From contig CAVXTP010000007.1 of assembly GCA_963764715.1 (NCBI GenBank), forward strand, positions 11,298 through 75,297: a stretch of DNA of 64,000 nucleotides. Reading direction: 5' to 3'. Below, piece after piece: positions 47,617 to 56,477 of this stretch. The translations under genes were made by a program, and so were the position numbers. The notes beneath the pieces are model-generated. The model worked only from the letters and a program-made list of their open reading frames with translations, had not been told where the DNA came from and ran no database searches. How positions within the stretch are numbered: position 1 is the first letter of the stretch; every line of letters starts with the position of its first letter. Origin of the DNA: an uncultured Acidobacteriota bacterium. Lineage in GTDB: Bacteria > Acidobacteriota > Thermoanaerobaculia > UBA5066 > Gp7-AA6.

Positions 47617-49815
47617 CTACTGCAGGTTGAAGGTCTTCGTGAGGAATACGGCCATCTGCCCGCGGGTGGCGGCGTTGGTCGGGCAATAGGCTCCGCCGCC
47701 GCAACCTCCGGTGATGAACCGGGCGACGAGCTCGTTGATCCACGCTGCAAAGGGGTTGGAGCACGGCACGTCGAAGAAGAGCGGGTTGTTGCAGACTGGG
47801 GGCGTGTAGCCGGGAGCCTCGAAGGCCTTGATCAGAAACACGGCCATCTGCTGTCGCAGGACGGGGTCGGTGGGGCAGAACGTCGTACCGCCGCCGCAGC
47901 CGCCGGTGACGCCCTCGGTCACGAGCTCGTAGATCCAGGGGGCGAAGCCGGAGGAGCAGGGCACGTCGGTGAAGGTCGCGGAGGTGCAGGGCGGAGGGGT
48001 GTAGCAGAGGCCGTGCTTGGCCTTCATCAGGAAAACGGCCATCTGCTGGCGAAGTGTCGGATTGTCGACGCCGTAGAGGCCGCTGCCCACGCCCGCGGTG
48101 ATGTTGTTGGAGACGAGGGCCGTGACGAAGGAATAGAACTGGTGCCCGCCCGGCACGTCCAGGAAGTCGGCCACCCAGCCCCTGGTGATCGTCCCCGTGG
48201 TGCCGCTCGGGGTCGTGACCACGACGTCGTGAGACGTTCCGGGATCGAAGGCGGGCATCGTGGCGTTCAGCGTATGGTCGTCCGTGAAGGTGACGGTGAC
48301 CGGTGTGCCGCCCACAGTGACGGTCGTCGGATCGGCGAAGTCGGTGCCCGAGATCGTGGCTGCCGTGCCACCGGCGGCCGGTCCCGAGGGCGGGTCGATC
48401 GAGAAGGCGATTCGCTGCGAGAACTCCGAGGTGTTGCCGGCGGGGTCGGTGGCCGTAGCCGAAATCCGAGCACCGGGTTCCGTTTCGACGGAAAGCGTGA
48501 CGTCGATGGACGCATTGCCGCTTCCGTCCGTGGTGACCTGCGACGAGCCGAGGTAGGTCTCGCCCTCGAGAAACTCGCGTGGGAAGTCCGGGCACGCCGG
48601 GTTGGCGTAGAAGTCCAGGTCGAAGGTCGTCGATGGCGCGCTGTTGAGCTTTCCGAGGATCCGCGTACTCGCGGCGCCGACCAGCCCGTTGTGCTCGACG
48701 GACAGGATGAGCGGAAAGTTCTGACCGTGGTTGGGGCCTTCGTCCGCGTCGAGCGGGTCGTTGAAATAGAGCCCAGGGTCGAAAATGATCCCGAACGTAC
48801 CGTTGTCGTGAATGGAGTTGCCCCGGATTTGATTATCGACGGCCGACCCGGCGCTCAAGTAGACGCCGGAGCCTCCGTTGTAGGCGATGACGTTGGCCTC
48901 GCCGGGTGACGTGCCGCCGACGATGACGCCGGAACCTAAGGTGTCGATGCCCGTCCCGTTGCCGAGGGGCCCGGTGCCGGCGGCGTTGGTGCCGATGAGG
49001 TTGCCTTGAATGATCCAGGTGGAGAGGTTGAAGTGGAGCGCGATCCCGCTGCCGCCGTTTCCGGAGATGACGTTGCCCTCCCCGGCCGCGCTTCCGCCGA
49101 CAGTGGCCCCGGCGCCGGGGATGAAGGGTGCAGAGATGATGCCCTGCCCGTTCCCGAGAGACTTCGTTCCAGTGAGATCCGTGCCGACGAGGTTGCCCTG
49201 AATGGTCACGCCGGAGCTCGCCACTGCGATTCCGGCGATGTTGCCGGAGATCAGGTTGCGATCCGCGGGCGCGGTCCCGCCGATCACGGTGGTCAGGTCC
49301 GTTCCGGCGTAATAGATGCCCGTGACGTTCTCATACGCGTAGGTTTCGCCCGGGACCGGTCCGATGAAGTTCCCCCTCACGAACGCGCCGGGACCGTTCA
49401 GCTCGATGCCTCTCCCCCAACGGATGAACGCGAGACCGCGGATCGTCGTCCCGCCGGCAGAGGCTCCGACAGAGAGCCCGTTGTCATTGATGCCGGGGAT
49501 GCCGTCGAGCAGGATCGTGAGCACGGCGTTCGTAGCAATCGGGTCCGTATTGACGCTCGAGCCGGGTTGCGTGTAGCCGTCGATCGTCACCCCATCGGTG
49601 ATCTGCGGAAGGTCCGTCGCCGGCGTGATCGTCTGAACGCCGCCGCCCGGGATGTTGAAGGCGATCGTGTCCGCGCCCGCGTTCGCGTTGGCGTCCAGGA
49701 TCGCCTGGCGAAGCGATCCGGCGCCCGAGTCGTTGGTATTGGTGACCGTGAATGTGGCTGCCGCCAGGGACGAAGCCGCGAGGAGAGACAGGAACGCGAG
49801 TCGGAATGGCCGCAT
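47617..49815 (-). CDS. Secreted parallel beta-helix protein with IPT/TIG and three SLH repeats
   Basis: TFTVTNTNDSGAGSLRQAI, GNxIGT repeats, GNTSEFS, SLH x3; AGGAGG RBS. Confidence 0.88.
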   Translation of the reverse strand: MRPFRLAFLSLLAASSLAAATFTVTNTNDSGAGSLRQAILDANANAGADTIAFNIPGGGVQTITPATDLPQITDGVTIDGYTQPGSSVNTDPIATNAVLTILLDGIPGINDNGLSVGASAGGTTIRGLAFIRWGRGIELNGPGAFVRGNFIGPVPGETYAYENVTGIYYAGTDLTTVIGGTAPADRNLISGNIAGIAVASSGVTIQGNLVGTDLTGTKSLGNGQGIISAPFIPGAGATVGGSAAGEGNVISGNGGSGIALHFNLSTWIIQGNLIGTNAAGTGPLGNGTGIDTLGSGVIVGGTSPGEANVIAYNGGSGVYLSAGSAVDNQIRGNSIHDNGTFGIIFDPGLYFNDPLDADEGPNHGQNFPLILSVEHNGLVGAASTRILGKLNSAPSTTFDLDFYANPACPDFPREFLEGETYLGSSQVTTDGSGNASIDVTLSVETEPGARISATATDPAGNTSEFSQRIAFSIDPPSGPAAGGTAATISGTDFADPTTVTVGGTPVTVTFTDDHTLNATMPAFDPGTSHDVVVTTPSGTTGTITRGWVADFLDVPGGHQFYSFVTALVSNNITAGVGSGLYGVDNPTLRQQMAVFLMKAKHGLCYTPPPCTSATFTDVPCSSGFAPWIYELVTEGVTGGCGGGTTFCPTDPVLRQQMAVFLIKAFEAPGYTPPVCNNPLFFDVPCSNPFAAWINELVARFITGGCGGGAYCPTNAATRGQMAVFLTKTFNLQ

Positions 49816-49848
49816 AGAACCTCCTGTCGCCATGGAAGTGACCTCTAC

Positions 49849-49881
49849 ACAACACGCGCGGAGGCCCCGGCGCAGGGATCA
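49849..49881 (-). promoter_or_regulatory. Bipartite motif TGATCCC-N15-GCGCGTGTTGT (ECF-sigma-like promoter), copy 1
   Basis: Identical boxes and spacing to 56276-56308. Confidence 0.6.
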
Positions 49882-50053
49882 TTCCCTCGGCCGGTCTCCG
49901 CAAGGCCCGGCCGGGGCGAGATGGAAAAGCAGTCGGGACAGGAGGTTACGGTGCTCCTCCAGGGCGGGCCGCCGGCGACCGTGGGGCGCCTGAATTCCGC
50001 GAGACACGCGGGAGCACGGCGGACGGTGGAGGACGGGCGGCTAAGGGAGAGTT

Positions 50054-52027
50054 CTAGGGCCCGTAGAGCAGGAGCCCGAAGGCCTTGACCAGGAAGACGG
50101 CCATCTGCCCGCGCGTGTTGGGGTTGAGCGGGCAGTAGTTGCCGCCGCCGCACCCTCCGGTGATCTGCTCGGCCGCGAGCTGTTCGATCCAGTCGGCGAA
50201 CGGGGACGGGCAATCCACGTCGCCGAAGACGTGCGCGCAGGCCGGCGGCACGAAGGAGGAGCCGTGCTTGGCCTTCAGCAGGAACACGGCCATCTGGTCG
50301 CGGCGCACGGGATTGGTCGGGCAGTAGTTGCCGCCGCCGCACCCTCCGGTGATGGTTTCGGCCGCGAGCTGATTGACCCAGTCGACGAAGACCCCGCCGG
50401 GGCAGGGCTCGTCCGTGAAGACCGTTGCCGAGCAGGCGGGAGGCGCGTAGCCGCTCCCGTGCTTGCCCTTCAGGAGGAAGACGGCCATCTGGGCGCGGGT
50501 GACGGAGTTGCCCGGGCAGTAGTTGCCGCCGCCGCAGCCGCCCGTGACTCCGTTGTGGAAGAGGTTCTCGACGAACCTGTAGAACGGATGCGATGTCGGG
50601 ACGTCCGGGAACGACTCGCCGAGGTGCAGCGTCCAGGTCTTCGCGGGGAGCCCGCCGGAGTCGGGCCGGCCGGCGATCGTGGCCGGGCTCAGGTCCTCGG
50701 TGAACGTGGCGTCCCAGTGCGGCGCGGGGCGCGTGCCGGAGACCGTCATGAGGTAACAGCCGCCCGGATCGGTCGCGCAGTCGGACACGGAGCCGCCGGT
50801 GACGGTGCCGTAGCCCGCCACGTCGTCGTCGGTCGTGTAGGTCGGGCCGGGCGGACCGGTGAGGCCGGACGCCGCGCCGCCGAAGCTCTGGGGAATCGTC
50901 GAGGTGTTTTGCCAGGCGGGCGCCACCGCCGCGGTCTCGCCCGCCTCAAAGACGCCGTTGGCGTTGGAGTTCGAGCCCGCGACCCCGACGCCGTCGACCG
51001 CCAGCGACTGCGGGACCGTGCCGGCCGGCAGAATGGCCATTCCCGGAACCGCCAGGCCCGTCGAGCCGCCCGCGAGCGTGCGGACGGGAGCGGCGTTGCC
51101 GGTGGCGGTCCGGTTGTAGGCCGTGACGGAGTTCCCGTTCTGGTTCGACACCAGAAGCTGCTGGTTGGGGAGGTCGACGTAGACCCCGACGGGATAGTTC
51201 AACCCCGTCGAGGCGCCCGCGATCGTGCGCAGGGGAGCCGTGTTGCCAGTGGCCGTCCGGCCGTAGACGGTGACCTTCACCGGGCTGGCGTTCGTGACCA
51301 CGATCTCGTCGTTCGTGCGGTCGAGCGCGAAGCCGATGGGGGTCGAGAGAGCGGTCGCGGCGCCGGTCAGCGTGCGAAGGGGTAAGACGTTTCCGTTCGC
51401 CGTGCGGCTGTAGACCGTCACCGAGTCGGGAGCCGGGGGAGTCGCGGAGCCGGCCGCGTTCACGACGAAGATCTCGTTGCTCAGCGGGTCGACCATGAGC
51501 ATGTGCGAGAAGTTCAGGCCGGTCGCAGCTCCCGCGATGGTCCTCAGGGGCACGGCGTCGCCGTCCGCGGTGCGGCTGAACACCACGATGGACGAGGCCG
51601 TCGAGGTGTCGGCCGCCGACCGGTTCCCGACGATCAGCTCGTCGTGGAGCGGGTCGAAATCGATGCCCACGGGGGAGTCGAGCTTGGTCGAGCCACCGAC
51701 GATCGTGCGGACGGGGGCGGTGTCGCCGCTCGCGGTTCGCGCGTAGACGGTGACCGAGTTGCCGAAGTAGTTGGTGACGAACATCTCGTCGTGGACCAGA
51801 TCGAGCGCGATGCCCCTCGGGCCGTTCAGGCCCGTCGCGGCTCCGCCGAGCGTTCGCAGAGGCGCGATGTCGCCGCTGTCGGTCCGGTTGTAGACGGTGA
51901 TCGTGTCGCTGGAGCCGTTGGCGACGAAGAGCTCCTGGGCCCTCGCCGCACGGAGTCCGACGATCGTGCCGAGGAGCGCGAGGAACGGAGGGAGAGCGTG
52001 GCGACGACTCAGGACGAACCGGAGCAT
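50054..52027 (-). CDS. Secreted beta-propeller repeat protein with three SLH repeats
   Basis: Six repeats like VTVYxRTAxGNxAPLRTIxGxxTGL; SLH x3; AAGGAGG RBS. Confidence 0.85.
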   Translation of the reverse strand: MLRFVLSRRHALPPFLALLGTIVGLRAARAQELFVANGSSDTITVYNRTDSGDIAPLRTLGGAATGLNGPRGIALDLVHDEMFVTNYFGNSVTVYARTASGDTAPVRTIVGGSTKLDSPVGIDFDPLHDELIVGNRSAADTSTASSIVVFSRTADGDAVPLRTIAGAATGLNFSHMLMVDPLSNEIFVVNAAGSATPPAPDSVTVYSRTANGNVLPLRTLTGAATALSTPIGFALDRTNDEIVVTNASPVKVTVYGRTATGNTAPLRTIAGASTGLNYPVGVYVDLPNQQLLVSNQNGNSVTAYNRTATGNAAPVRTLAGGSTGLAVPGMAILPAGTVPQSLAVDGVGVAGSNSNANGVFEAGETAAVAPAWQNTSTIPQSFGGAASGLTGPPGPTYTTDDDVAGYGTVTGGSVSDCATDPGGCYLMTVSGTRPAPHWDATFTEDLSPATIAGRPDSGGLPAKTWTLHLGESFPDVPTSHPFYRFVENLFHNGVTGGCGGGNYCPGNSVTRAQMAVFLLKGKHGSGYAPPACSATVFTDEPCPGGVFVDWVNQLAAETITGGCGGGNYCPTNPVRRDQMAVFLLKAKHGSSFVPPACAHVFGDVDCPSPFADWIEQLAAEQITGGCGGGNYCPLNPNTRGQMAVFLVKAFGLLLYGP

Positions 52028-52217
52028 GTCTGCCTCCTTGTCGAGGGAGGACGAGGGTGCCGGCCGGAGCACATCCAACCCGGAGTCGAAGGCGGGACTC
52101 TAGCATGGGGGCGTAGGCGACCCGGCCGCCAGCCGATGAGTGGTGCCCTTGCCGTCCCGGTGCGCCAGCCCGGCTCCGACGGGACTACGACGCGATGTTG
52201 CCGAACTCCCCGCCAGG

Positions 52218-53669
52218 CTAAGGGTCTGACCGCGTGGGCTCGGACCCGGGCGGTTGCGGAGGCGCCGGGATGCCGACGTTGGCCACGGCAAAGAACTCGC
52301 CGCGCGGCAGTTGTTGGTAAGTCTCGTTGCCGCGATTCCAGTCGTAGCGCAACGTGCCGAGGTCCCCGGCAATGGTCCACCAATCGCCGATCGTGTAAAC
52401 GTGGCCTCGCCCGTCGGCCATCATTCCCGGCAGCCGCCACGGCGTGCGCCCGTCCTGATCCACGATCAGTCCGTGGTCGGTGATCGCGTGGCCCGTCGCA
52501 GCCTCGAGCGAGACGCTCAGCAGATGGAAATCCCGGAACTCCTGGTTCCCGAAGGCCCGGTTCGCGCGCTGGTAATAGAACACGCGATTTCCGCCGATGG
52601 CGAGGCCGCCGAGGTAGTTGAAGCCGATGTGCTGGATCGGGGTGAACGCGGACGCCATGGGCCGGGTCGAGTCGAACGCGTAGAGCATGCCGCCGTTGGG
52701 GAACATGGTGAGCAGGGCGCGGTCGCCGTCGAGGGGCTGCATCCATGCGATGGCGCGGCTCGCCTGGAGAGCGGGATCGGTCTCGACCTTGTTGGAGTCC
52801 CAGCGAACGAGAGCGGGCAGAGCGCCCGGGTGGACCTCGATGACCCCGGTGTCGCCGTGAATCTGCTGCAGGTCTCCGCCCTGATTCTTGACGGAGAACC
52901 AGACGTCGCCGCGCCGGTCGACGAAGGTCCAGGCGGACGAGAAGTTCCAGTCGCCGCGGCTCGGGGCGCTGACCTGCCCGAGGTTGGTCTTCTCTCCGGT
53001 CACGGTATCGATGCGGTACATGTAGGCGGCCTGGCCGGCTGTCTTCCCGGTGACGAAGACGTAGAGGGCGTGGCGCACGGGATCGACGCCGATGGCCGAG
53101 TAGACCGTGTAGCCCGGGCGGATGACGCCGTAGTCACGCCAGCGGCCGGTCGCGATCTCGTAGCCGAGCGCGTGCGAGCCGGTCCAGGTCTTGTAGACGC
53201 CGGGCTTGTCGGCCGAGAAATGCGTCGCCATGTAGAGCCAGCCGTTCGCCTCGACGATGTCGCTGTGGATTTTGCCCTGGGGATTGGTCCGGGCGTCCTC
53301 GCCGCAGATGTTCGTGATGTCGTGGACCAGCTCGGTGATCTGCCCGGTTGTGGTGTCGTACTTGAAGAACGAAGCGCCGTGATGCGCCGAGTGCGTCGAG
53401 CTCGCGAAATAAACGTTTCCGTCGGACGCGAGACGAATTCCCTGCCACTGACCGTCCAGTTCGCGCTTGTAGTTGTTGAGCGCGAAGGATTGCATCAGCT
53501 GGCGGTCGGTGGATGCGGGGCTCCGATCGGATCCGGCGGCAGGCCCGGTGGCTGCGGCCGGCGTCGGATTGTCCGCGCAGCCGGCCGCCAGAACGGTTGC
53601 GACGCCGATCGAGAGCGCCATCGCAAGCGCCGAACGGGAGACCGCACCTCCAGGCAGAAAGCGGTTCAT
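52218..53669 (-). CDS. Beta-propeller lipoprotein of unknown function
   Basis: Lipobox LAAGC; QGKIHS motif; beta-rich repeats. Confidence 0.75.
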   Translation of the reverse strand: MNRFLPGGAVSRSALAMALSIGVATVLAAGCADNPTPAAATGPAAGSDRSPASTDRQLMQSFALNNYKRELDGQWQGIRLASDGNVYFASSTHSAHHGASFFKYDTTTGQITELVHDITNICGEDARTNPQGKIHSDIVEANGWLYMATHFSADKPGVYKTWTGSHALGYEIATGRWRDYGVIRPGYTVYSAIGVDPVRHALYVFVTGKTAGQAAYMYRIDTVTGEKTNLGQVSAPSRGDWNFSSAWTFVDRRGDVWFSVKNQGGDLQQIHGDTGVIEVHPGALPALVRWDSNKVETDPALQASRAIAWMQPLDGDRALLTMFPNGGMLYAFDSTRPMASAFTPIQHIGFNYLGGLAIGGNRVFYYQRANRAFGNQEFRDFHLLSVSLEAATGHAITDHGLIVDQDGRTPWRLPGMMADGRGHVYTIGDWWTIAGDLGTLRYDWNRGNETYQQLPRGEFFAVANVGIPAPPQPPGSEPTRSDP

Positions 53670-53990
53670 GACAGGAAAACCCCCGGGGTCGCGTGGGACG
53701 ACGACGCTCCCGCGCGAAATCAGCGTGAACAGGCGACTCTCGATACGGATTCATCCTACCGCGCTCGGCGCTCACGCGCGGAGCGATCCCGTGAGGGACA
53801 AGAAGGCAACTGCAAACAAGAGCGAACGCCGATGAAACACAACGCCCCTTCTCGAGCGGCTCGCTCGGCGTGCCGCGGAATGCGGACGGAGAGCGGGTCG
53901 CCGCTGCTCGGAACAAACCGACGCCGTGGTGGGAAGCCAGGCCGTCAGGAAATGCGGCTTGAGATCTCCTTCTGACGGAGAGAGACGGCT

Positions 53991-56258
53991 CTAGTACAGG
54001 TCGAACGTGAACGACAGGAACACGGCCATCTGGCCACGCGTGTTCGGGTTGAGCGGGCAGTAGTTGCCACCGCCGCAGCCGGCGGTGATGCTGCGATGCA
54101 CGAGCTCGTAGATCCAGGGGGCAAAGTTCGATGAGCAGGGAACGTCCCCGAAGTCCTGCGAAGTGCAGGCGGGAGGCGTGTAGCTTCCACCCTCCCTGGT
54201 TTTCAGCAGGAAGACGGCCATCTGCTGCCGATTGACCGGGTCGGCCGGGCAGAACTTGCCTCCGCCGCAGCCCGCGGTGATCCCCTCGGCGACGAGCGCG
54301 TAGATCCAGGGGGCAAAGTTCGATGAGCAGGGAACGTCGGAGAAGGAGGCCGTGGTGCAGGGGGGCGGGGTGTAGCAGACGCCGTGCTTGGCCTTCATCA
54401 GAAACACCGCCATCTGCTGGCGTTTCGTGGGGTCGTTCACACCGTACAGTCCGCCGCCGATGCCGGCCGTGATCTGGTTGCGAACCAGGCCGTAGACGAA
54501 GATGAAGAACGGGTTGCCGCCGTTGGGAACATCCACGAAATCGGCGAGAAAGCCGTTGGGGAGCGTCCCGGTCGTGCCGTCGGTGTTGGTCAGCGTGATG
54601 TCGTAGAGCGTCCCCGGCGTGAGGACCGGCGTCGTGAAGGTCACGGTGTCGTAGTCGTCCACGACGACGCTGGGGGCTGGGATACCGCCCACCGTCACCG
54701 ACGCGCCGGGCAGGAAGTTGAACCCGTACAGCTGCGCCCCGGGCACCCCGCCGGGATCGCCGCCGCCCGGCTCCGAGTGGACGACTATTCGCTGCGAGAA
54801 CTCCGAGGTGTTGCCGTCGGGGTCTGTCGCCGTCGAGCTGACGCGCTCGCCGGCGCCGAGCGTGACGGAGAGGACCGCGTTGATCGGCGCGTCGCCGTTG
54901 CCGTCGGTCGTGACCTGGGTCGAGCCGAGGTAGGTTTTGCCCTGGAGAAAGGACCGCGGCCACTTCAGGCATGCCGGGTTGGAAAAGAAGTCGAGATCGA
55001 AGGTCGTGTTCGGAGTGCTGTTGAGCGCCCCGGTGATGGTCGTGGTGCCTCCCCCGACGAGGGACGACACGGCGGACGCGATGACGGGAAAGTTCTGACG
55101 CTCGTTCGCGCCGGTGTCGGCATCCCCGTAATCGTTGGGCAAAGGGGTCAACCAGTTGGGAGGCGGAGACGGGTTGTAGAAGAGAACGATGCCCGAGCTT
55201 CGGTACAAGTCCCCGTTCGAATAGATCGAGTTGCCCCGGATCTTGCAGCGCTTTCCGTTCTGGCTGACGTAGACACCCGTTGAATTGAACGCGATCACGT
55301 TGCCTTCGCCCGGACCCGTGCCACCCACGGTGACGTCGGTGGTGTCCACCTGGATGCCCGAGTACCGGAACTCCGCCAGTCCCGTGACGTCGGTGCCGAT
55401 GAAGTTGCCCTGCACAACCGTCTCGAAGCTGGAAGGCGAGCCGTTTCCGATGAGAAACGGGCCGACCGCGACGTTGCCACGAATGAAGGTCGTCGCCCCG
55501 ATCGTCGTTGTGATGACCGCGGCGCCGGCGGCGGGGTAGAGCGGATTCGTCGGCGGGAGCGGGGCGGCGCCGGTCGCGTCGGTTCCGAGCAGGTTGCCTT
55601 CGACCGTCGCTCCCGCGACGCCATCCAGGTTGACGTGCGACCCCCAGTTTCCCGCGATGAGGTTTCGGTCGGCAGGTTGAGGCCCTCCGACGGTGAGGGC
55701 CGCTGCTCCCGCCCCGCCGAAAGCGTAGATCCCGGTGACATCGTCGCCAACGGCCGTCATGCCCGCCGCGTCGGTTCCGATGAAACAGCCCTGCACGCCG
55801 ACATTCGCGGCGTTCACATAGATCCCGGTGTTCCAGGTGTTGAGAACCAGGCCCTTGACCGTCGAGCCGGCGGATCCGGTCCCGAGGAAAAAGCCGCTGT
55901 CGTTGTCTTCGGCGTTCGGATCGTCGACACCCGAGACGACGATCTTCAGGACCGCGTTGATCGCGCCCGCCACGTTCGTGTTGGGCGTGGCGCCCGTCTG
56001 GGTGTAGCCGTCGATCGTGACCGGGCTCGTGAGAAACGGCAGCGCGGTCAGCGGTTTGATCGTGCAGACGCCGCCGGTGCAGCCCGCGCCGGAGACGTTG
56101 AAACCGATCGTATCGGCGCCCGCGTTCGCGTTGGCGTCGAGCATCGCCTGGCGCAGCGACCCCGCGCCGGAGTCGCTGGTATTGGTGACCGTGAACGTGC
56201 TCCCGGCCAGGGTCGAAGCACCGATCGAGAACAGGAGGGCGAGGGGGATTCGTTGCAT
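53991..56258 (-). CDS. Secreted beta-helix + IPT + triple-SLH protein; paralog of 47617..49815
   Basis: TFTVTNTSDSGAGSLRQAM, QNFP, GNTSEFSQRI, SLH x3. Confidence 0.88.
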   Translation of the reverse strand: MQRIPLALLFSIGASTLAGSTFTVTNTSDSGAGSLRQAMLDANANAGADTIGFNVSGAGCTGGVCTIKPLTALPFLTSPVTIDGYTQTGATPNTNVAGAINAVLKIVVSGVDDPNAEDNDSGFFLGTGSAGSTVKGLVLNTWNTGIYVNAANVGVQGCFIGTDAAGMTAVGDDVTGIYAFGGAGAAALTVGGPQPADRNLIAGNWGSHVNLDGVAGATVEGNLLGTDATGAAPLPPTNPLYPAAGAAVITTTIGATTFIRGNVAVGPFLIGNGSPSSFETVVQGNFIGTDVTGLAEFRYSGIQVDTTDVTVGGTGPGEGNVIAFNSTGVYVSQNGKRCKIRGNSIYSNGDLYRSSGIVLFYNPSPPPNWLTPLPNDYGDADTGANERQNFPVIASAVSSLVGGGTTTITGALNSTPNTTFDLDFFSNPACLKWPRSFLQGKTYLGSTQVTTDGNGDAPINAVLSVTLGAGERVSSTATDPDGNTSEFSQRIVVHSEPGGGDPGGVPGAQLYGFNFLPGASVTVGGIPAPSVVVDDYDTVTFTTPVLTPGTLYDITLTNTDGTTGTLPNGFLADFVDVPNGGNPFFIFVYGLVRNQITAGIGGGLYGVNDPTKRQQMAVFLMKAKHGVCYTPPPCTTASFSDVPCSSNFAPWIYALVAEGITAGCGGGKFCPADPVNRQQMAVFLLKTREGGSYTPPACTSQDFGDVPCSSNFAPWIYELVHRSITAGCGGGNYCPLNPNTRGQMAVFLSFTFDLY

Positions 56259-56275
56259 GACGTCTCCGCTTCTGG

Positions 56276-56308
56276 ACAACACGCGCAGAAGCTTCCCCGG
56301 GGGGATCA
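56276..56308 (-). promoter_or_regulatory. Bipartite motif TGATCCC-N15-GCGCGTGTTGT, copy 2
   Basis: Identical boxes and spacing to 49849-49881. Confidence 0.6.
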
Positions 56309-56477
56309 CGTCCCCGGACGCGGGGTCGGATCCCCCGGCCGCCCGGGGGAGGGCGGGGAGGAGCCCACGGGAGCTCCGGACGGCTCAGAGTAGATCACTC
56401 AGGAACCTGGCTTCCGACGGTCTGCCGTCCCGAGCCTCTCGTTCCATCCGCCGCGGGACGAACGCGTGGCTCCGTCC

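Noticed and set aside
56297-56338. Long GC hairpin as a riboswitch
   Set aside because: No recognisable aptamer; it overlaps the putative -35 box, and such stems are common at this GC content
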